DNA from: Phycisphaerales bacterium
GTDB taxonomy: Bacteria > Planctomycetota > Phycisphaerae > UBA1845
Length of the DNA stretch: 64,000 bases
Direction: 5' to 3'
NCBI GenBank assembly: GCA_020639095.1
Contig: JACKHH010000018.1
Span: 3,429-67,428 of the forward strand
Below are positions 1 through 9,227 of the stretch, piece by piece. The notes under the pieces are model-generated. The model saw only the letters and a program-made list of their open reading frames with translations. It was not told the DNA's origin and did not search any database. Position 1 is the first letter of the stretch, and each line of letters starts with the position of its first letter. The position numbers and the translations under genes were made by a program.

Positions 1-236
1 ATAAGCCGACTAACCCGGCCGGCGGAGGCGGTCTTGTGAGTCGATAGCCGATGTGGCCCCGTCTGATCGCCTTACCTTGTTTGTGAACGTTCAGCCGCGT
101 TGAACCCGGGCTCAAGTGGCTGAAACGGTTGCACGATACCCCCGATCCCCGCTATGCTTCCCGGTCTGATCTGGAGACGAGCCGGGTACTGGTTCAGTAA
201 TTCGGTGAACTTTGGCAAATTGAGGAGATGCGACAC

Positions 237-470
237 ATGAACAAGATGAATCTGCGAACTCTGGGCCGCGTGCTGGCTGGTCTGATCTGCGTGGTGGGCT
301 TCACGTTTGCCCCCGGCTGTAGCCAGTCGAAGTGCTGCGGTAAGGACGGTCAGTGCTGCAAGAAGAAATGCGACAAGGCCTGCGCCAAGGATTGCGACAA
401 GGCCGGTTGCAAGAAGGCAGCTGGCAAGTGCCCGGCGGGCTGCACCAAGCCCTGCTGCAAGAAGGCCTAA
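237..470 (+). CDS. small exported Cys/Lys-rich lipoprotein (metallothionein-like composition), 77 aa
   Basis: ORF 228..470. The in-frame ATG at 237 lies 9 nt after GAGGAG (222-227). N-terminus MNKMNLRTLGRVLAGLICVVGFTFAPGC is a signal peptide plus lipobox. The mature 50 aa carry 13 Cys and 14 Lys in CC, CxxxC and CKK spacings. A hairpin with T-run follows at 517-552. Confidence 0.6.
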   Translation: MNKMNLRTLGRVLAGLICVVGFTFAPGCSQSKCCGKDGQCCKKKCDKACAKDCDKAGCKKAAGKCPAGCTKPCCKKA

Positions 471-516
471 TGCCCTCGCCGCGACAAGCGGTGACGCATA
501 CGCTATAACATCAAAT

Positions 517-552
517 CGCGGGCGACGTGAAGTATTGCGTCGCCCGCGTTTT
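517..552 (+). terminator. rho-independent terminator downstream of the Cys-rich lipoprotein gene
   Basis: Perfect 11-bp stem CGCGGGCGACG (517-527) / CGTCGCCCGCG (538-548) with a 10-nt loop, followed by TTTTG. Confidence 0.75.
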
Positions 553-652
553 GCGCACGTCGCGAGCGTAAGCGCACGGCGCAATCCGAGCCGCGACAGT
601 CACGGAGCGGACGACACTCGTATCGGCACAGCAACTCGTAGACCCGCAAGCC

Positions 653-2173
653 ATGTTTCGCAGACCATTCGTGACATTCAAGCTGCTGACGTTGTGTGTC
701 ACCCTCTTGCCTTTCGGCGGGTGCCTGATGGGCGGGCCTTCGTACTTCCCAGCCGCTCCGCTCAGTGCCACCGTCGACGCCAGCAACCGCGCCATCGATG
801 TTTACGACACTGATCGCGACGGCACAGGCGACTATTCCGAACTGCGATCAGCCGATGGTCGCGTGCGGTTGTTGCGCTTCGCCAGCGCGGGGGAAACGCA
901 GGAGGTCGCGTTTCCACCGCAGGCGGGCGAAGGCCGTCAGGTGCCGCAACTCGCGCTCGTTCTCGACAGCGTGCCCTTCAACCTTGTGCAGGCTGCGTAC
1001 ACCAGTGGTCGCTTCCGCCTCTTCCATCCGCCGACGCGAATCATCAGCCCGTTCCCCGTGATGACCGACATCTGCCTCGACGAATTCTTCCGCACCTCAC
1101 CGGCACCGGGCATGGAGACGGAATACTACGACGGGACGGAGACGACCGACGGTTGGGAGCTTTACGACGTGCAGGCAAACTCGCCGTGGCTGGCGTCGGT
1201 GGATTGGCATTTGCCTTATAGCCGGCACAACCAGGTGTACATGTCGCCGCGCAATGGGTTTGCGGCTGAGCTTTCCCGTATTGAGCGGGCGCTGGCGGAC
1301 GCGCCTGGCCACCGCCTCGTGGCTTATTGCGTGGGCACCTCGGCGATTGGTTTTCGGCAATCACAACGCGGGCACGAGTGGGCGCTGGAGCAGGTTGACC
1401 GCTTCTGCCACATGCTCGTCCACCGCATGCACGGCGACATCGAGATCACGCTGCTCTCCGACCACGGGCACAACCTCGTCGCAAGCCGGTCGATCGGGCT
1501 GCGTGAACGCATCAAGGACCTCGGCTACCGCCTGGCCCGTGAACTCAACGACGACAACGACGTGATTGTGCTCGATTTCGGACTGGTGAACTGCGCCGGT
1601 CTGCACACGCGTCAGCCCGTGAAGCTCGCGAGCGAACTGGTGCAGGAGGAGGGCGTCGAACTCGCGCTGTATCGCGACAGCGATGACGGCGTGATGGTGG
1701 CGAGTCGCGACGGCTTGGCACGCGTCCAACGCTGTGCGGAGGGTTGGCGCTACGACTGCGAATACGGCGACCCATTGCAGTTGGTGGACGTTGTCGCGGG
1801 TCTGCGCGATTCCGGCGACGTGTCGGACGATGGTTGCATCGACGATGCCGCACTCTTCGCCGCGACCATCAGCCACGTTTATCCCGATCCGCTTGATCGC
1901 TGCTGGCACGCGTTCCACGGTTTGATCGCGCACGCTCCGGACGTGTACCTTTCGCTGTCAGATGGTTGGCACTGGGGCAGCCCGTTTCTCGATCACAGCG
2001 TGAAGGTGGCGGCCACGCACGGCAACCTCAACGCGCCGAGCAGCACCGGATTCGTGATGACGACCGCGGGCGACTTGCCGCGAACCGTGCGAATGCGCGA
2101 CTTGGCCAGCGATCTTGCAGGAATTGGCGTTAGTTTGCAGGACGGGCAACTCGTAGCGCGCTCAGCAGACTGA
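653..2173 (+). CDS. alkaline phosphatase superfamily lipoprotein (type I phosphodiesterase/NPP-like)
   Basis: ATG at 653. Signal peptide plus lipobox LLPFGGC. Motifs LALVLDSVPF, FPVMTD, ITLLSDHGHN and AATHGNL resemble metal-ligand and nucleophile positions of the alkaline phosphatase/NPP fold. Assignment by motif only. Confidence 0.55.
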   Translation: MFRRPFVTFKLLTLCVTLLPFGGCLMGGPSYFPAAPLSATVDASNRAIDVYDTDRDGTGDYSELRSADGRVRLLRFASAGETQEVAFPPQAGEGRQVPQLALVLDSVPFNLVQAAYTSGRFRLFHPPTRIISPFPVMTDICLDEFFRTSPAPGMETEYYDGTETTDGWELYDVQANSPWLASVDWHLPYSRHNQVYMSPRNGFAAELSRIERALADAPGHRLVAYCVGTSAIGFRQSQRGHEWALEQVDRFCHMLVHRMHGDIEITLLSDHGHNLVASRSIGLRERIKDLGYRLARELNDDNDVIVLDFGLVNCAGLHTRQPVKLASELVQEEGVELALYRDSDDGVMVASRDGLARVQRCAEGWRYDCEYGDPLQLVDVVAGLRDSGDVSDDGCIDDAALFAATISHVYPDPLDRCWHAFHGLIAHAPDVYLSLSDGWHWGSPFLDHSVKVAATHGNLNAPSSTGFVMTTAGDLPRTVRMRDLASDLAGIGVSLQDGQLVARSAD

Positions 2174-3755
2174 TCCCGTCGATCGGCGGCGCGCCGGCGA
2201 GCCGGTCGCGATGGTCGAGCATGTCGAGCACCGTGGGCATGACGTCAACCAACCTGCCGGAGTGAATCCGCCCGCCCGCGGGCAATCCCGGACCGGAAAA
2301 GAACAGGGGCACGTGCATGTCGCACGCGAGGCACGAGCCATGTCCGCCGCGCCAGTGCGCGTCGAACGTCCAGTCGCTGTCCGCGAAAAGCACAATGTCG
2401 CCGGCGCGCGGGGAGTCGAACATCTCGACGACCTGCGGCACGAAGTCAGGCCACTCCGCATCGGCTGATGTCGCTAGCCATTCGCGACTCGTGTGCCAAT
2501 CCGAGTCACCAATTTGAGCCGCGACGGTAAGGGAGCGGGAATCAAGCGAGGTCGCATCGTTGGGGAGTACCACCCGATATTCCTTTGCGCCGTTCACAAC
2601 GCGCCGTTCAACGCGCATCCATCCCGACTTCCCGACCACCAGGACCGCGTCCGCGCCCACTGGCGTACACGCGCAGAGCACACCCGGTATGTCGGTGACA
2701 CAGGGACCGCGATCCGCGATAAATGGATTTCCCAAGAGGCGCGCAATCCGTTCCGGTTCGGGCGGATCGTCCCAGTCGTGTGCGCCGCCCAAGTGCAACG
2801 CCACGCGGCGAAACGCGCCGTTCACGAGCACAATATCCGCATCGCTTAGCCGGCCTCGCTCCGCTGCTGTCAACCCGAAGCGCTTATGGATTTCTTCCGC
2901 GATGTCGCACGCGTGCTGTGCGGGCGTCGGTACGTGGCTGTGGTCGGTGAGCAGCACGTAGTAGCGTTGCTCGACTGCCGCGGCGGCTTCCACCTGCGCG
3001 ATGATTTCGCCGATCGCGTGGTCCGCGACGGTGAGGGCGTCGGCGTACTCGGGCGAGTCGGAGCCGAAGCGATGCCCCACCTCATCAACGCCGGGGAAGT
3101 AGTTGAAGTAGACGGCTGGCCAGCGCCCTTTACGCCGAGCGGTGCGCGCGACTTCGGCAAAGCTGTCCGCCACGCGTGCGTCCACGTCGCTGTAGTCGCC
3201 GAGAAACCAGTCAATTCCGGACGACGCCCAGTTGTCGAAGGTCACCTTTACCCCGCGACGCGTGTGTCCTTGCACGTTGACCGTCAGTTCGTCGTCGAGC
3301 AGGTCATACAGCGTCGGACAGGTGAAGTCATCGTTGACTGCGCGGTAAGTGGCGGCTGATCCGTAATCGCGTAGCTCAAACGTATCGGGATCAAACCAGC
3401 GATTGCCGAGAATGCCGTGATGTCCGGGGAATCTGCCGGTGATGATCGACACGGCATTGGCGTAGGTGATTGGCGGCAGTGACGACATGGCATAGTCCAC
3501 GCCCACGCCGCCGTCGACGAACCAGTGTTTGATCGCGGGCAACCGGCCCTCCGCGAGCAACGCATCGAATCGCGCATGGTCCATGCCGTCGACGAAGAAT
3601 ACGGTCACCGTTGCATCTGTTGTCGATTCTCTCCCGCCGCTCTGCGATGTGCTTCGTCTTGTTTGCGAACACCCTGCTTGTACCAAGAGCAGGAGCACGC
3701 ATGCCAGTAGCGCGCGGGTTGCATGGACGCTGCGTTTCCACTTGGTTTGGACCAC
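2130..3755 (-). CDS. nucleotide pyrophosphatase/phosphodiesterase family lipoprotein (PF01663-like)
   Basis: ORF 2130..3950, but its first ~65 codons are read-through of repeat A1. Start moved to GTG 3755, giving VQTKWKRSVHATRALLACVLLLLVQAGC (lipoprotein signal). Motifs TVFFVDGMD, PPITYANAVSIITGRFPGHHGILGN, YVLLTDHSH, RGGHGS. Confidence 0.75.
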   Translation of the reverse strand: MVQTKWKRSVHATRALLACVLLLLVQAGCSQTRRSTSQSGGRESTTDATVTVFFVDGMDHARFDALLAEGRLPAIKHWFVDGGVGVDYAMSSLPPITYANAVSIITGRFPGHHGILGNRWFDPDTFELRDYGSAATYRAVNDDFTCPTLYDLLDDELTVNVQGHTRRGVKVTFDNWASSGIDWFLGDYSDVDARVADSFAEVARTARRKGRWPAVYFNYFPGVDEVGHRFGSDSPEYADALTVADHAIGEIIAQVEAAAAVEQRYYVLLTDHSHVPTPAQHACDIAEEIHKRFGLTAAERGRLSDADIVLVNGAFRRVALHLGGAHDWDDPPEPERIARLLGNPFIADRGPCVTDIPGVLCACTPVGADAVLVVGKSGWMRVERRVVNGAKEYRVVLPNDATSLDSRSLTVAAQIGDSDWHTSREWLATSADAEWPDFVPQVVEMFDSPRAGDIVLFADSDWTFDAHWRGGHGSCLACDMHVPLFFSGPGLPAGGRIHSGRLVDVMPTVLDMLDHRDRLAGAPPIDGISLLSALRVARPAN

Positions 3756-3949
3756 CAAGGCACCAAGACGCCAAGGACGGCAATGTTGAATGCTGAATGA
3801 TGAATGATGAGATGCGTGTCGGGTGGCACGGACAAGCTTTGCTTGTCCGTGGTTGATGAAGTGCCACGCGCAATTCTCGATCGCCACTGACAAGCGAAGC
3901 TTGTCAGTGCCACCCTTTGTTCTTGGTGTCTTGGTGCCTTGGTGGTTCA
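3748..3949 (+). repeat. family A composite palindromic element, copy A1 (full)
   Basis: Outer inverted arms at 3748-3778 (tggaccaccaaggcaccaagacgccaaggac) and 3919-3949 (gttcttggtgtcttggtgccttggtggttca). AATG-rich module 3781-3812. Hairpin GGGTGGCACGGACAAGC-ttt-GCTTGTCCGTGG at 3821-3852. Hairpin CCACTGACAAGC-gaa-GCTTGTCAGTGCCACCC at 3884-3915. Confidence 0.9.
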
Positions 3950-3971
3950 CATTCGTGACGGGCTGCGACGC

Positions 3972-5240
3972 TTAACCAGCTTCGCGGCTTTCAGCTTGGG
4001 CGGCCAATGCGCCGACAAACTCTTCGCTGAGGAAGGGTTGCAGCCTCGCGAGGAACTCGTTGATCTCGGGATAGTCTTCGGGATTGTGTCGCCGGCCTTT
4101 GAGGTAGTTGAGCACCAGTTCGACGTGCTCTTCGTTGATATCCAGGCCGGTGGCTTCGAGGTGGTGACGCACGGCATTGCGTCCGCTGTGCGCGCCGAGC
4201 ACGAGTTCGACCGGGCCCGCGCCGATGGCTTCGGGCGGGAAGGGCAGGTACGTGTCGGGGTGCGCGAGCAAGCCATCCTGATGGATACCCGCCTCCGTGC
4301 GGAAGATGTTCTTGCCGGTGACGGCTTTGTTGGCCGCCGGTTTGAACCCGGTCAGTTCCGCGACCATTTCGCAAAGGGGCGCGAGTGCTTGCGGATCGAC
4401 GGTGACGCCTTTCTTGAACTCGTCCTTGTGCAGCGTGAGCGCCATGACGACCTCTTCGATCGCGACGTTGCCCGCGCGCTCGCCGATACCATTGACCGTG
4501 CCCTGTACGATGTTGGCCCCGGCTTGGATGCACGCGAGCGAGTTCGCGGTGGCGAGCCCGAGATCGTTGTGAAAGTGCACGGCCAGCATCGCGTCGTCCA
4601 TGCTTGCGACGTTGTCCTGGATGCGCTTGGCCATGTCAGCCGCTTTGGACGGCGTGAGGATGCCGACCGTGTCGGTAAACCCAATGGAGAGGGCCCCGGC
4701 TTGGATGGCGTGCTCGTAGACTTCAAAGAGGAAGTCGGGTTCGGTGCGTGACGCGTCCTCGGGCCCGAACGAGATGATCTCGAAATACTTCTGCGCGTGA
4801 TCGATCGCGGCACACGCGGTATCGATGATCTGCGCCTTGGTCATTTCGTGTTTGTGTTCGCGGTGCAACCGGCTCGTGCCGATGAACAGCGTGACGGCGC
4901 GCTTCAGCGGCGATACGCCCGCGAGCGCCTCAGCCGCCAGATCGACATCGCTCTTGACCGTGCGTGACAGCGCCGACAACGTCGTGCCCTTCACCGATTC
5001 CGCGATGCGGCGGACGCCGTTGAACTCCTCATCACCGGCGGCGGGGAAACCGCAATCGATCGAGTGCACACCCGCGTCCGCCAGCGCCTGCGCGATGGTC
5101 ACCTTCTGTTCGGGCAGCAGGTGGATACCGGGCATCTGCGCACCATCGCGCAGCGTCGTGTCCGAAATGAGCACGAGCGGTTTCTTCTTCTGCTGGCGCA
5201 GAACAAAGCGTTTGACCTTGCGATTAATGGCGCTGAACAT
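3972..5240 (-). CDS. 2-isopropylmalate synthase / homocitrate synthase family protein (HMGL-like TIM barrel)
   Basis: Motifs LISDTTLRDGAQMPGI and AVHFHNDLGLATANSLACIQAGA. At 422 aa it is shorter than canonical LeuA, so exact specificity is not assigned. Confidence 0.8.
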   Translation of the reverse strand: MFSAINRKVKRFVLRQQKKKPLVLISDTTLRDGAQMPGIHLLPEQKVTIAQALADAGVHSIDCGFPAAGDEEFNGVRRIAESVKGTTLSALSRTVKSDVDLAAEALAGVSPLKRAVTLFIGTSRLHREHKHEMTKAQIIDTACAAIDHAQKYFEIISFGPEDASRTEPDFLFEVYEHAIQAGALSIGFTDTVGILTPSKAADMAKRIQDNVASMDDAMLAVHFHNDLGLATANSLACIQAGANIVQGTVNGIGERAGNVAIEEVVMALTLHKDEFKKGVTVDPQALAPLCEMVAELTGFKPAANKAVTGKNIFRTEAGIHQDGLLAHPDTYLPFPPEAIGAGPVELVLGAHSGRNAVRHHLEATGLDINEEHVELVLNYLKGRRHNPEDYPEINEFLARLQPFLSEEFVGALAAQAESREAG

Positions 5241-5363
5241 TGTCTACCCCGGGCGCAATCCCGATTCGATACCGACGTCACGAGCGTGTCGCTGAGTGGA
5301 TGCGGGCGCGCTGTGGTGTCACCAGCTAAGACCAGTCTAACAGCCACGCGTTAGACCACAAAT

Positions 5364-6851
5364 TCACTTTTCGGCGTGCGTCAAGTTTGCCCGTACGACG
5401 CCTTTGGCGACCGGGCTCGCGAGCGACGCGTCCATGGCAGCCGCTGCCCCCGCCTCCGGGTCGAAGAAACTCGCAATCAGGCTGAAGTAGTACTCCCGTG
5501 CGTAGGTCGCGAACCCGACGTGCCCACCCCCAGCCAGGATCTCGCCCGCCACCAACGGGTTCGACTCGCGCGACAGCAGGTCCGCGACATCCTGTGCCGG
5601 TGACAGCGGGTCGTTCGCGGCATGTACCATCACGACTGGGACGCGGATGCGGTCGAGCTTCGGGAAGAAGGGCCGGTTGTCATACGGCGCCAAGCGGAGG
5701 AACAGGTACCCCTCCATGATGCCCCCGGGCAGCATGACCCCGCAGCGATCGTACTCGCGCAGGATCAGTTCGCGCAGGCTGCCGTTGGGGTTGGGGTAGT
5801 TCTTGCGCTCCATGCGTTCGCGATTGGTATTTTGCAATGTCGCGTAGACCGGGTCGCCGAGCAGGCTGTAGTCCTTTTCGAGCAGGTCGACGAGATGTTC
5901 CCACTGCGGGATGGGTGAGAACGCCATGACCCCGGCTTGGAATCGCGGCACGCCCGGTTCAGCGTAGAACTGCGTTGCGATCGTCGGGGTGATGTTGGGG
6001 TCGTCCGGCCTGCGGTTGGCGAACCACGCTGCCAACAGGGCTGTGTTCGCGCTCCAGCAGAAGCCGATCAACCCGGTGTGCTTCACGTGCGGCTGATCTT
6101 GCAACCAATCAGCGACGTGCATGAGATCGTCCGTCTCGCGCACGCCGAAGGTGTAGGCGACGTCGGGTTGGGTGCGCTCGGTCTGCCCGTGGCCGCGCAT
6201 CTCCAGCGCCAGCACGTGGAATCCGGACCCGACGAGATACTCCGCGAGGTCGCGCGTACGCACCACACCGTTATCGCCGAAGAACCCGGGCAGCAGGACG
6301 ATGCAATCGGCGTCGTGGACTTCGTTGTTCGATTTTGCAAATCCCAAGCGGGCTGCGAGCTTGACGCCGTCGGGCATTTCGAGCCAGACATCGTCGAACC
6401 CGGGCCAGGTCGGCGGTGGGGCGTCGATCGTGAGATCCTGGCTCGCACCGTTGGCAGTACACTTCATGCCGTAGTAGTTGAAGACCAGCGATTGCAGCGT
6501 GTTGGGATTGACCCCGAAGTAGGCGAACACGTCGAGCGGCTCACCGTCGGGCCCGGTCATGTCCTCGGTGAGCAGTGTCGGACGATCACCCTTTGGCAGC
6601 AGGTCCGCCAGTTGGGCGTGGGCCGAACGCAGCCAGTCGCGCGCGGACCCGATGGGCTGATCGTCGTCGCCCGCGACTTGTATCCGGCGACTTTCGTCAG
6701 GTCGGAGCACCAGCGACTGCTCGGAGAGGCAACCGGACGTCAGACCAATAAGCGCCGCGATCGCAAGGGAGCGGAGATTGTAAATACCACTCCGCTGAAC
6801 CCTCCGCAGCCCCCGCAATACAGGTGTGTACATTTTCAATCGCTGTAGCAT
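5364..6851 (-). CDS. alpha/beta hydrolase fold lipoprotein
   Basis: ORF 5364..6920. Candidate starts are GTG 6920, ATG 6851 and ATG 6833. Lipobox LIGLTSGC. Motifs CIVLLPGFFGDNG, ALEMRGHGQT, GLIGFCWSANTALLAA (nucleophile elbow variant), VMVHAANDPL, GGGHVGF. Confidence 0.6.
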   Translation of the reverse strand: MLQRLKMYTPVLRGLRRVQRSGIYNLRSLAIAALIGLTSGCLSEQSLVLRPDESRRIQVAGDDDQPIGSARDWLRSAHAQLADLLPKGDRPTLLTEDMTGPDGEPLDVFAYFGVNPNTLQSLVFNYYGMKCTANGASQDLTIDAPPPTWPGFDDVWLEMPDGVKLAARLGFAKSNNEVHDADCIVLLPGFFGDNGVVRTRDLAEYLVGSGFHVLALEMRGHGQTERTQPDVAYTFGVRETDDLMHVADWLQDQPHVKHTGLIGFCWSANTALLAAWFANRRPDDPNITPTIATQFYAEPGVPRFQAGVMAFSPIPQWEHLVDLLEKDYSLLGDPVYATLQNTNRERMERKNYPNPNGSLRELILREYDRCGVMLPGGIMEGYLFLRLAPYDNRPFFPKLDRIRVPVVMVHAANDPLSPAQDVADLLSRESNPLVAGEILAGGGHVGFATYAREYYFSLIASFFDPEAGAAAAMDASLASPVAKGVVRANLTHAEK

Positions 6852-6973
6852 CGGCGGAGCATAGTCGCCCGCCTGACGACATGCAACGAAGTCTGACAGG
6901 GTTTCAGTTGACGCATGCACCCGCGCTCACAAACAATAGGCATAAGACCATTCGGACCTTTCGTTACAAAGCA

Positions 6974-7633
6974 ATGCCCGTGACAACGTCAACCGCCAAC
7001 CCGCTCGCGTACGATCAACTGCGGACCTGTCCGTGTTGCGGACTCGTGCAGTACATCCCGGACGTACCGGCTGGCATGCGCGCTTGTTGTGCGCGCTGCG
7101 CGAGTACGCTGCGCCGGCGGGCAAGCATTCTGCGCAGCAATCGGCGAACGGCGGCTGTTGCGCTGGCGGCGCTGATCATCTATCCGCTGGCCATCACGCT
7201 GCCAATGCTGCGCGTCGAACGCTTCGGCCACTTTCACGATTCGAGCATTCTGGAAGGCGTGGCGACGCTGCTGGGTTCCGGGCATTTGCTTGTCGGAATT
7301 GTTGTGCTGCTCTGCTCGGTGGTGTTCCCATTGGGAAAGCTCATCGGGTTGTTCGCGCTGTCTGCCGGTAGCGCCTTTATGCAGAGTCGTCATCGCGCGC
7401 TGACGTACCACATCGTAGAGTGGACCGGCAGGTGGGGCATGCTCGACGTGCTGCTCGTCGCGGTACTGGTCGCGGTGCTCAAGCTCGGCGACATGGTGGA
7501 AGTGTCGGCGAGACCGGCAGCGCTCGCGTTCACCTGTTGCGTGGTCCTCAGTTTGCTGGCCACCGCATGCTTCGATCCGCACAATCTGTGGTCGGATGCA
7601 TCGGTGGAAGGCCAATCCGAGCCGCGACCGTAA
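6974..7633 (+). CDS. pqiA: paraquat-inducible protein A family membrane protein (single-repeat, half-size)
   Basis: ATG 6974 inside ORF 6824..7633. Cys pairs CPCCGL...CCARCAS followed by four hydrophobic segments. It lies next to a PqiB/MCE gene. The stop TAA (7631-7633) is inside repeat D1. Confidence 0.7.
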   Translation: MPVTTSTANPLAYDQLRTCPCCGLVQYIPDVPAGMRACCARCASTLRRRASILRSNRRTAAVALAALIIYPLAITLPMLRVERFGHFHDSSILEGVATLLGSGHLLVGIVVLLCSVVFPLGKLIGLFALSAGSAFMQSRHRALTYHIVEWTGRWGMLDVLLVAVLVAVLKLGDMVEVSARPAALAFTCCVVLSLLATACFDPHNLWSDASVEGQSEPRP

Positions 7634-7765
7634 GGGAGCGGGGGAATGTGCAGAGCTAAACGTTTCCTATTGCAGATACGCTGGAGCGAAGTCGTTTAGC
7701 GGCGAGCCAACGGCGAGCGTGCGACAACCAAGACCGCGATGCAGGCAGGATGCCTGCACCACAAT
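7614..7765 (+). repeat. family D core plus family E hairpin, copy D1/E1
   Basis: D core aatccGAGCCGCGACCGTAAGGGAGCGGGGGAATGTGCAGAGc at 7614-7656. E hairpin GCAGGCAggaTGCCTGCACCACAAT at 7741-7765. It fills the pqiA-pqiB gap. Confidence 0.85.
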
Positions 7766-7790
7766 ACGACCGACGCGCAGGGCAGAACTC

Positions 7791-9227
7791 ATGAACCAGC
7801 AATCTCCTGGCGAAATCCCAACCGCGACACTTCAGCCCGAGCGGCGGGCGTCGTGGCTGTACGTGCTGCCGATCATGGCGCTGCTCTTTGTCGGTTGGTT
7901 GGCGTATCAGTCGTGGAAGATGCGCGGTACGCCGATCGAAGTGCAGTTTGCCGAGGGTCACGGGCTGCATGCCGATGACGAAGTGCGTTATCGCGGCATT
8001 GTTGTCGGGCACGTGCGCAGCGTTGAACTCGCGAGCGAGTTCGACGGCGTGATCGTGCGCGCCAATCTCGATCCGCAATCGCGGCAGCTCGCGCGTGCGG
8101 GCACGCGACTCTGGGTTGTTCGCCCGCAGGTGGGTATCACTGGCGTGGCGGGTCTGGATACGCTGGTTGGTCCGCGGTACCTCGCGTTGCTTCCGGGCGA
8201 CGGCCCGACGCAGCATGCGTTCATTGGATTGGAAGATCCGCCGATCGTCGATTCGATCGCGCCGGGTGACCTTGAGATCGTTCTGCAATCACCGCGTCGC
8301 GGAAGCATGCGGCCCGGAGCGCCCGTGCTGTATCGGCAGGTGCCGGTGGGCACGATCCTCTCCGTCGGGCTCGATCATGATGCCGGTGCGGTGCAAGCCC
8401 GTGTACACATTCCCGAACGCTATACGGCGCTCATCCGCAAGTCGTCGCGTTTCTGGAACGTCGGCGGGCTCGATGCGGAGGTGGGGATTCGCGGGGTGTC
8501 GTTGAAGCTGGAGTCGGTGGAGACGTTGCTGGCCGGTGGTGTCGCGCTGGCCACGCCGCCCGGTGGCGGCGACATTGTGCGCAACGGCCACCTGTTTGAG
8601 CTTGCAGAAAAACCCGAAGAAGCCTGGCTCGCATGGCAGCCGATGGCGATGGTGGGCAGTCCGTTTCTCCCGCCTGGTGCGGTGATGTCCGCGCCGATGC
8701 GCGCGGTGCTCGGGTGGCGCGAAGGCCGGTGGATCAAGTCCGATCGCACGCAACGCGGCTGGGTGTTGCAGACGGACGACGGGCTGCTCGGTCCTGCCGA
8801 TCTGCTGACAGTGGGTGACGATGTGGATGCGAAGTCCGCCGTGCTGGAAATCGCGGGCCATCCCGTCCCGCTGGCGGAAAAAGCAATGCCATACGGTGAG
8901 GGCTTGGTGCGCGTGAACGCCGATGTGGGTCCGACGCACTGGCCGAGCAAGTTGCAACGCGTGCCGGAAGAGCCGGAGGATTGCATTGTGGTTGGTGATC
9001 GCGCGATAGCGCCGATCCCGCTGGCAGCTGGAAGGCTCACGCCGGTGGACGGCCAATGGAAGGTAGACCCAGCCGTCCCGTTCGACGCCTCCTGGCACGG
9101 CGCCTGCGTCCTGGCGCGCAGCGACGGCAACCTCATCGGCCTGTTGCTGATCACCAAAGAAGAAGCAAGAGTGGCCTGCCTACCAGGGCAAACCAAACAA
9201 GCAGCGCCAAACCAGGATCACCACTGA
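7791..9227 (+). CDS. pqiB: PqiB/MlaD-type MCE domain protein
   Basis: ATG 7791 inside ORF 7596..9227. N-terminal TM anchor WLYVLPIMALLFVGWLAYQSW. Repeated MCE-like segments VRYRGIVVGHVRSVEL and PVLYRQVPVGTILSVGL. The stop TGA (9225-9227) is inside the hairpin of repeat A2. Confidence 0.75.
   Translation: MNQQSPGEIPTATLQPERRASWLYVLPIMALLFVGWLAYQSWKMRGTPIEVQFAEGHGLHADDEVRYRGIVVGHVRSVELASEFDGVIVRANLDPQSRQLARAGTRLWVVRPQVGITGVAGLDTLVGPRYLALLPGDGPTQHAFIGLEDPPIVDSIAPGDLEIVLQSPRRGSMRPGAPVLYRQVPVGTILSVGLDHDAGAVQARVHIPERYTALIRKSSRFWNVGGLDAEVGIRGVSLKLESVETLLAGGVALATPPGGGDIVRNGHLFELAEKPEEAWLAWQPMAMVGSPFLPPGAVMSAPMRAVLGWREGRWIKSDRTQRGWVLQTDDGLLGPADLLTVGDDVDAKSAVLEIAGHPVPLAEKAMPYGEGLVRVNADVGPTHWPSKLQRVPEEPEDCIVVGDRAIAPIPLAAGRLTPVDGQWKVDPAVPFDASWHGACVLARSDGNLIGLLLITKEEARVACLPGQTKQAAPNQDHH

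Noticed and set aside
72-584. 170-aa ORF antisense to the Cys-rich lipoprotein gene.
   Set aside because: It has an Ala/Leu/Arg-rich low-complexity translation, runs through the terminator hairpin, and has no RBS. The sense-strand gene has an SD, a lipobox and a terminator.
2130-2173. 44-nt overlap of the 3' ends of the two convergent alkaline-phosphatase-superfamily genes.
   Set aside because: Both C-termini are unconserved-looking tails, and the overlap may simply reflect late stop codons in GC-rich sequence. There is no evidence of functional antisense coupling.
3391-3950. ORFs and N-terminal extensions translating repeat DNA. Examples: MNHQGTKTPRTKGGTDKLRLSV..., 21332..21523, 40879..41298, 47471..47716, and the first 65 codons of ORF 2130..3950.
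   Set aside because: The same peptide strings recur wherever family A elements occur, on either strand. They are by-products of the repeats, so gene starts were moved downstream of them.
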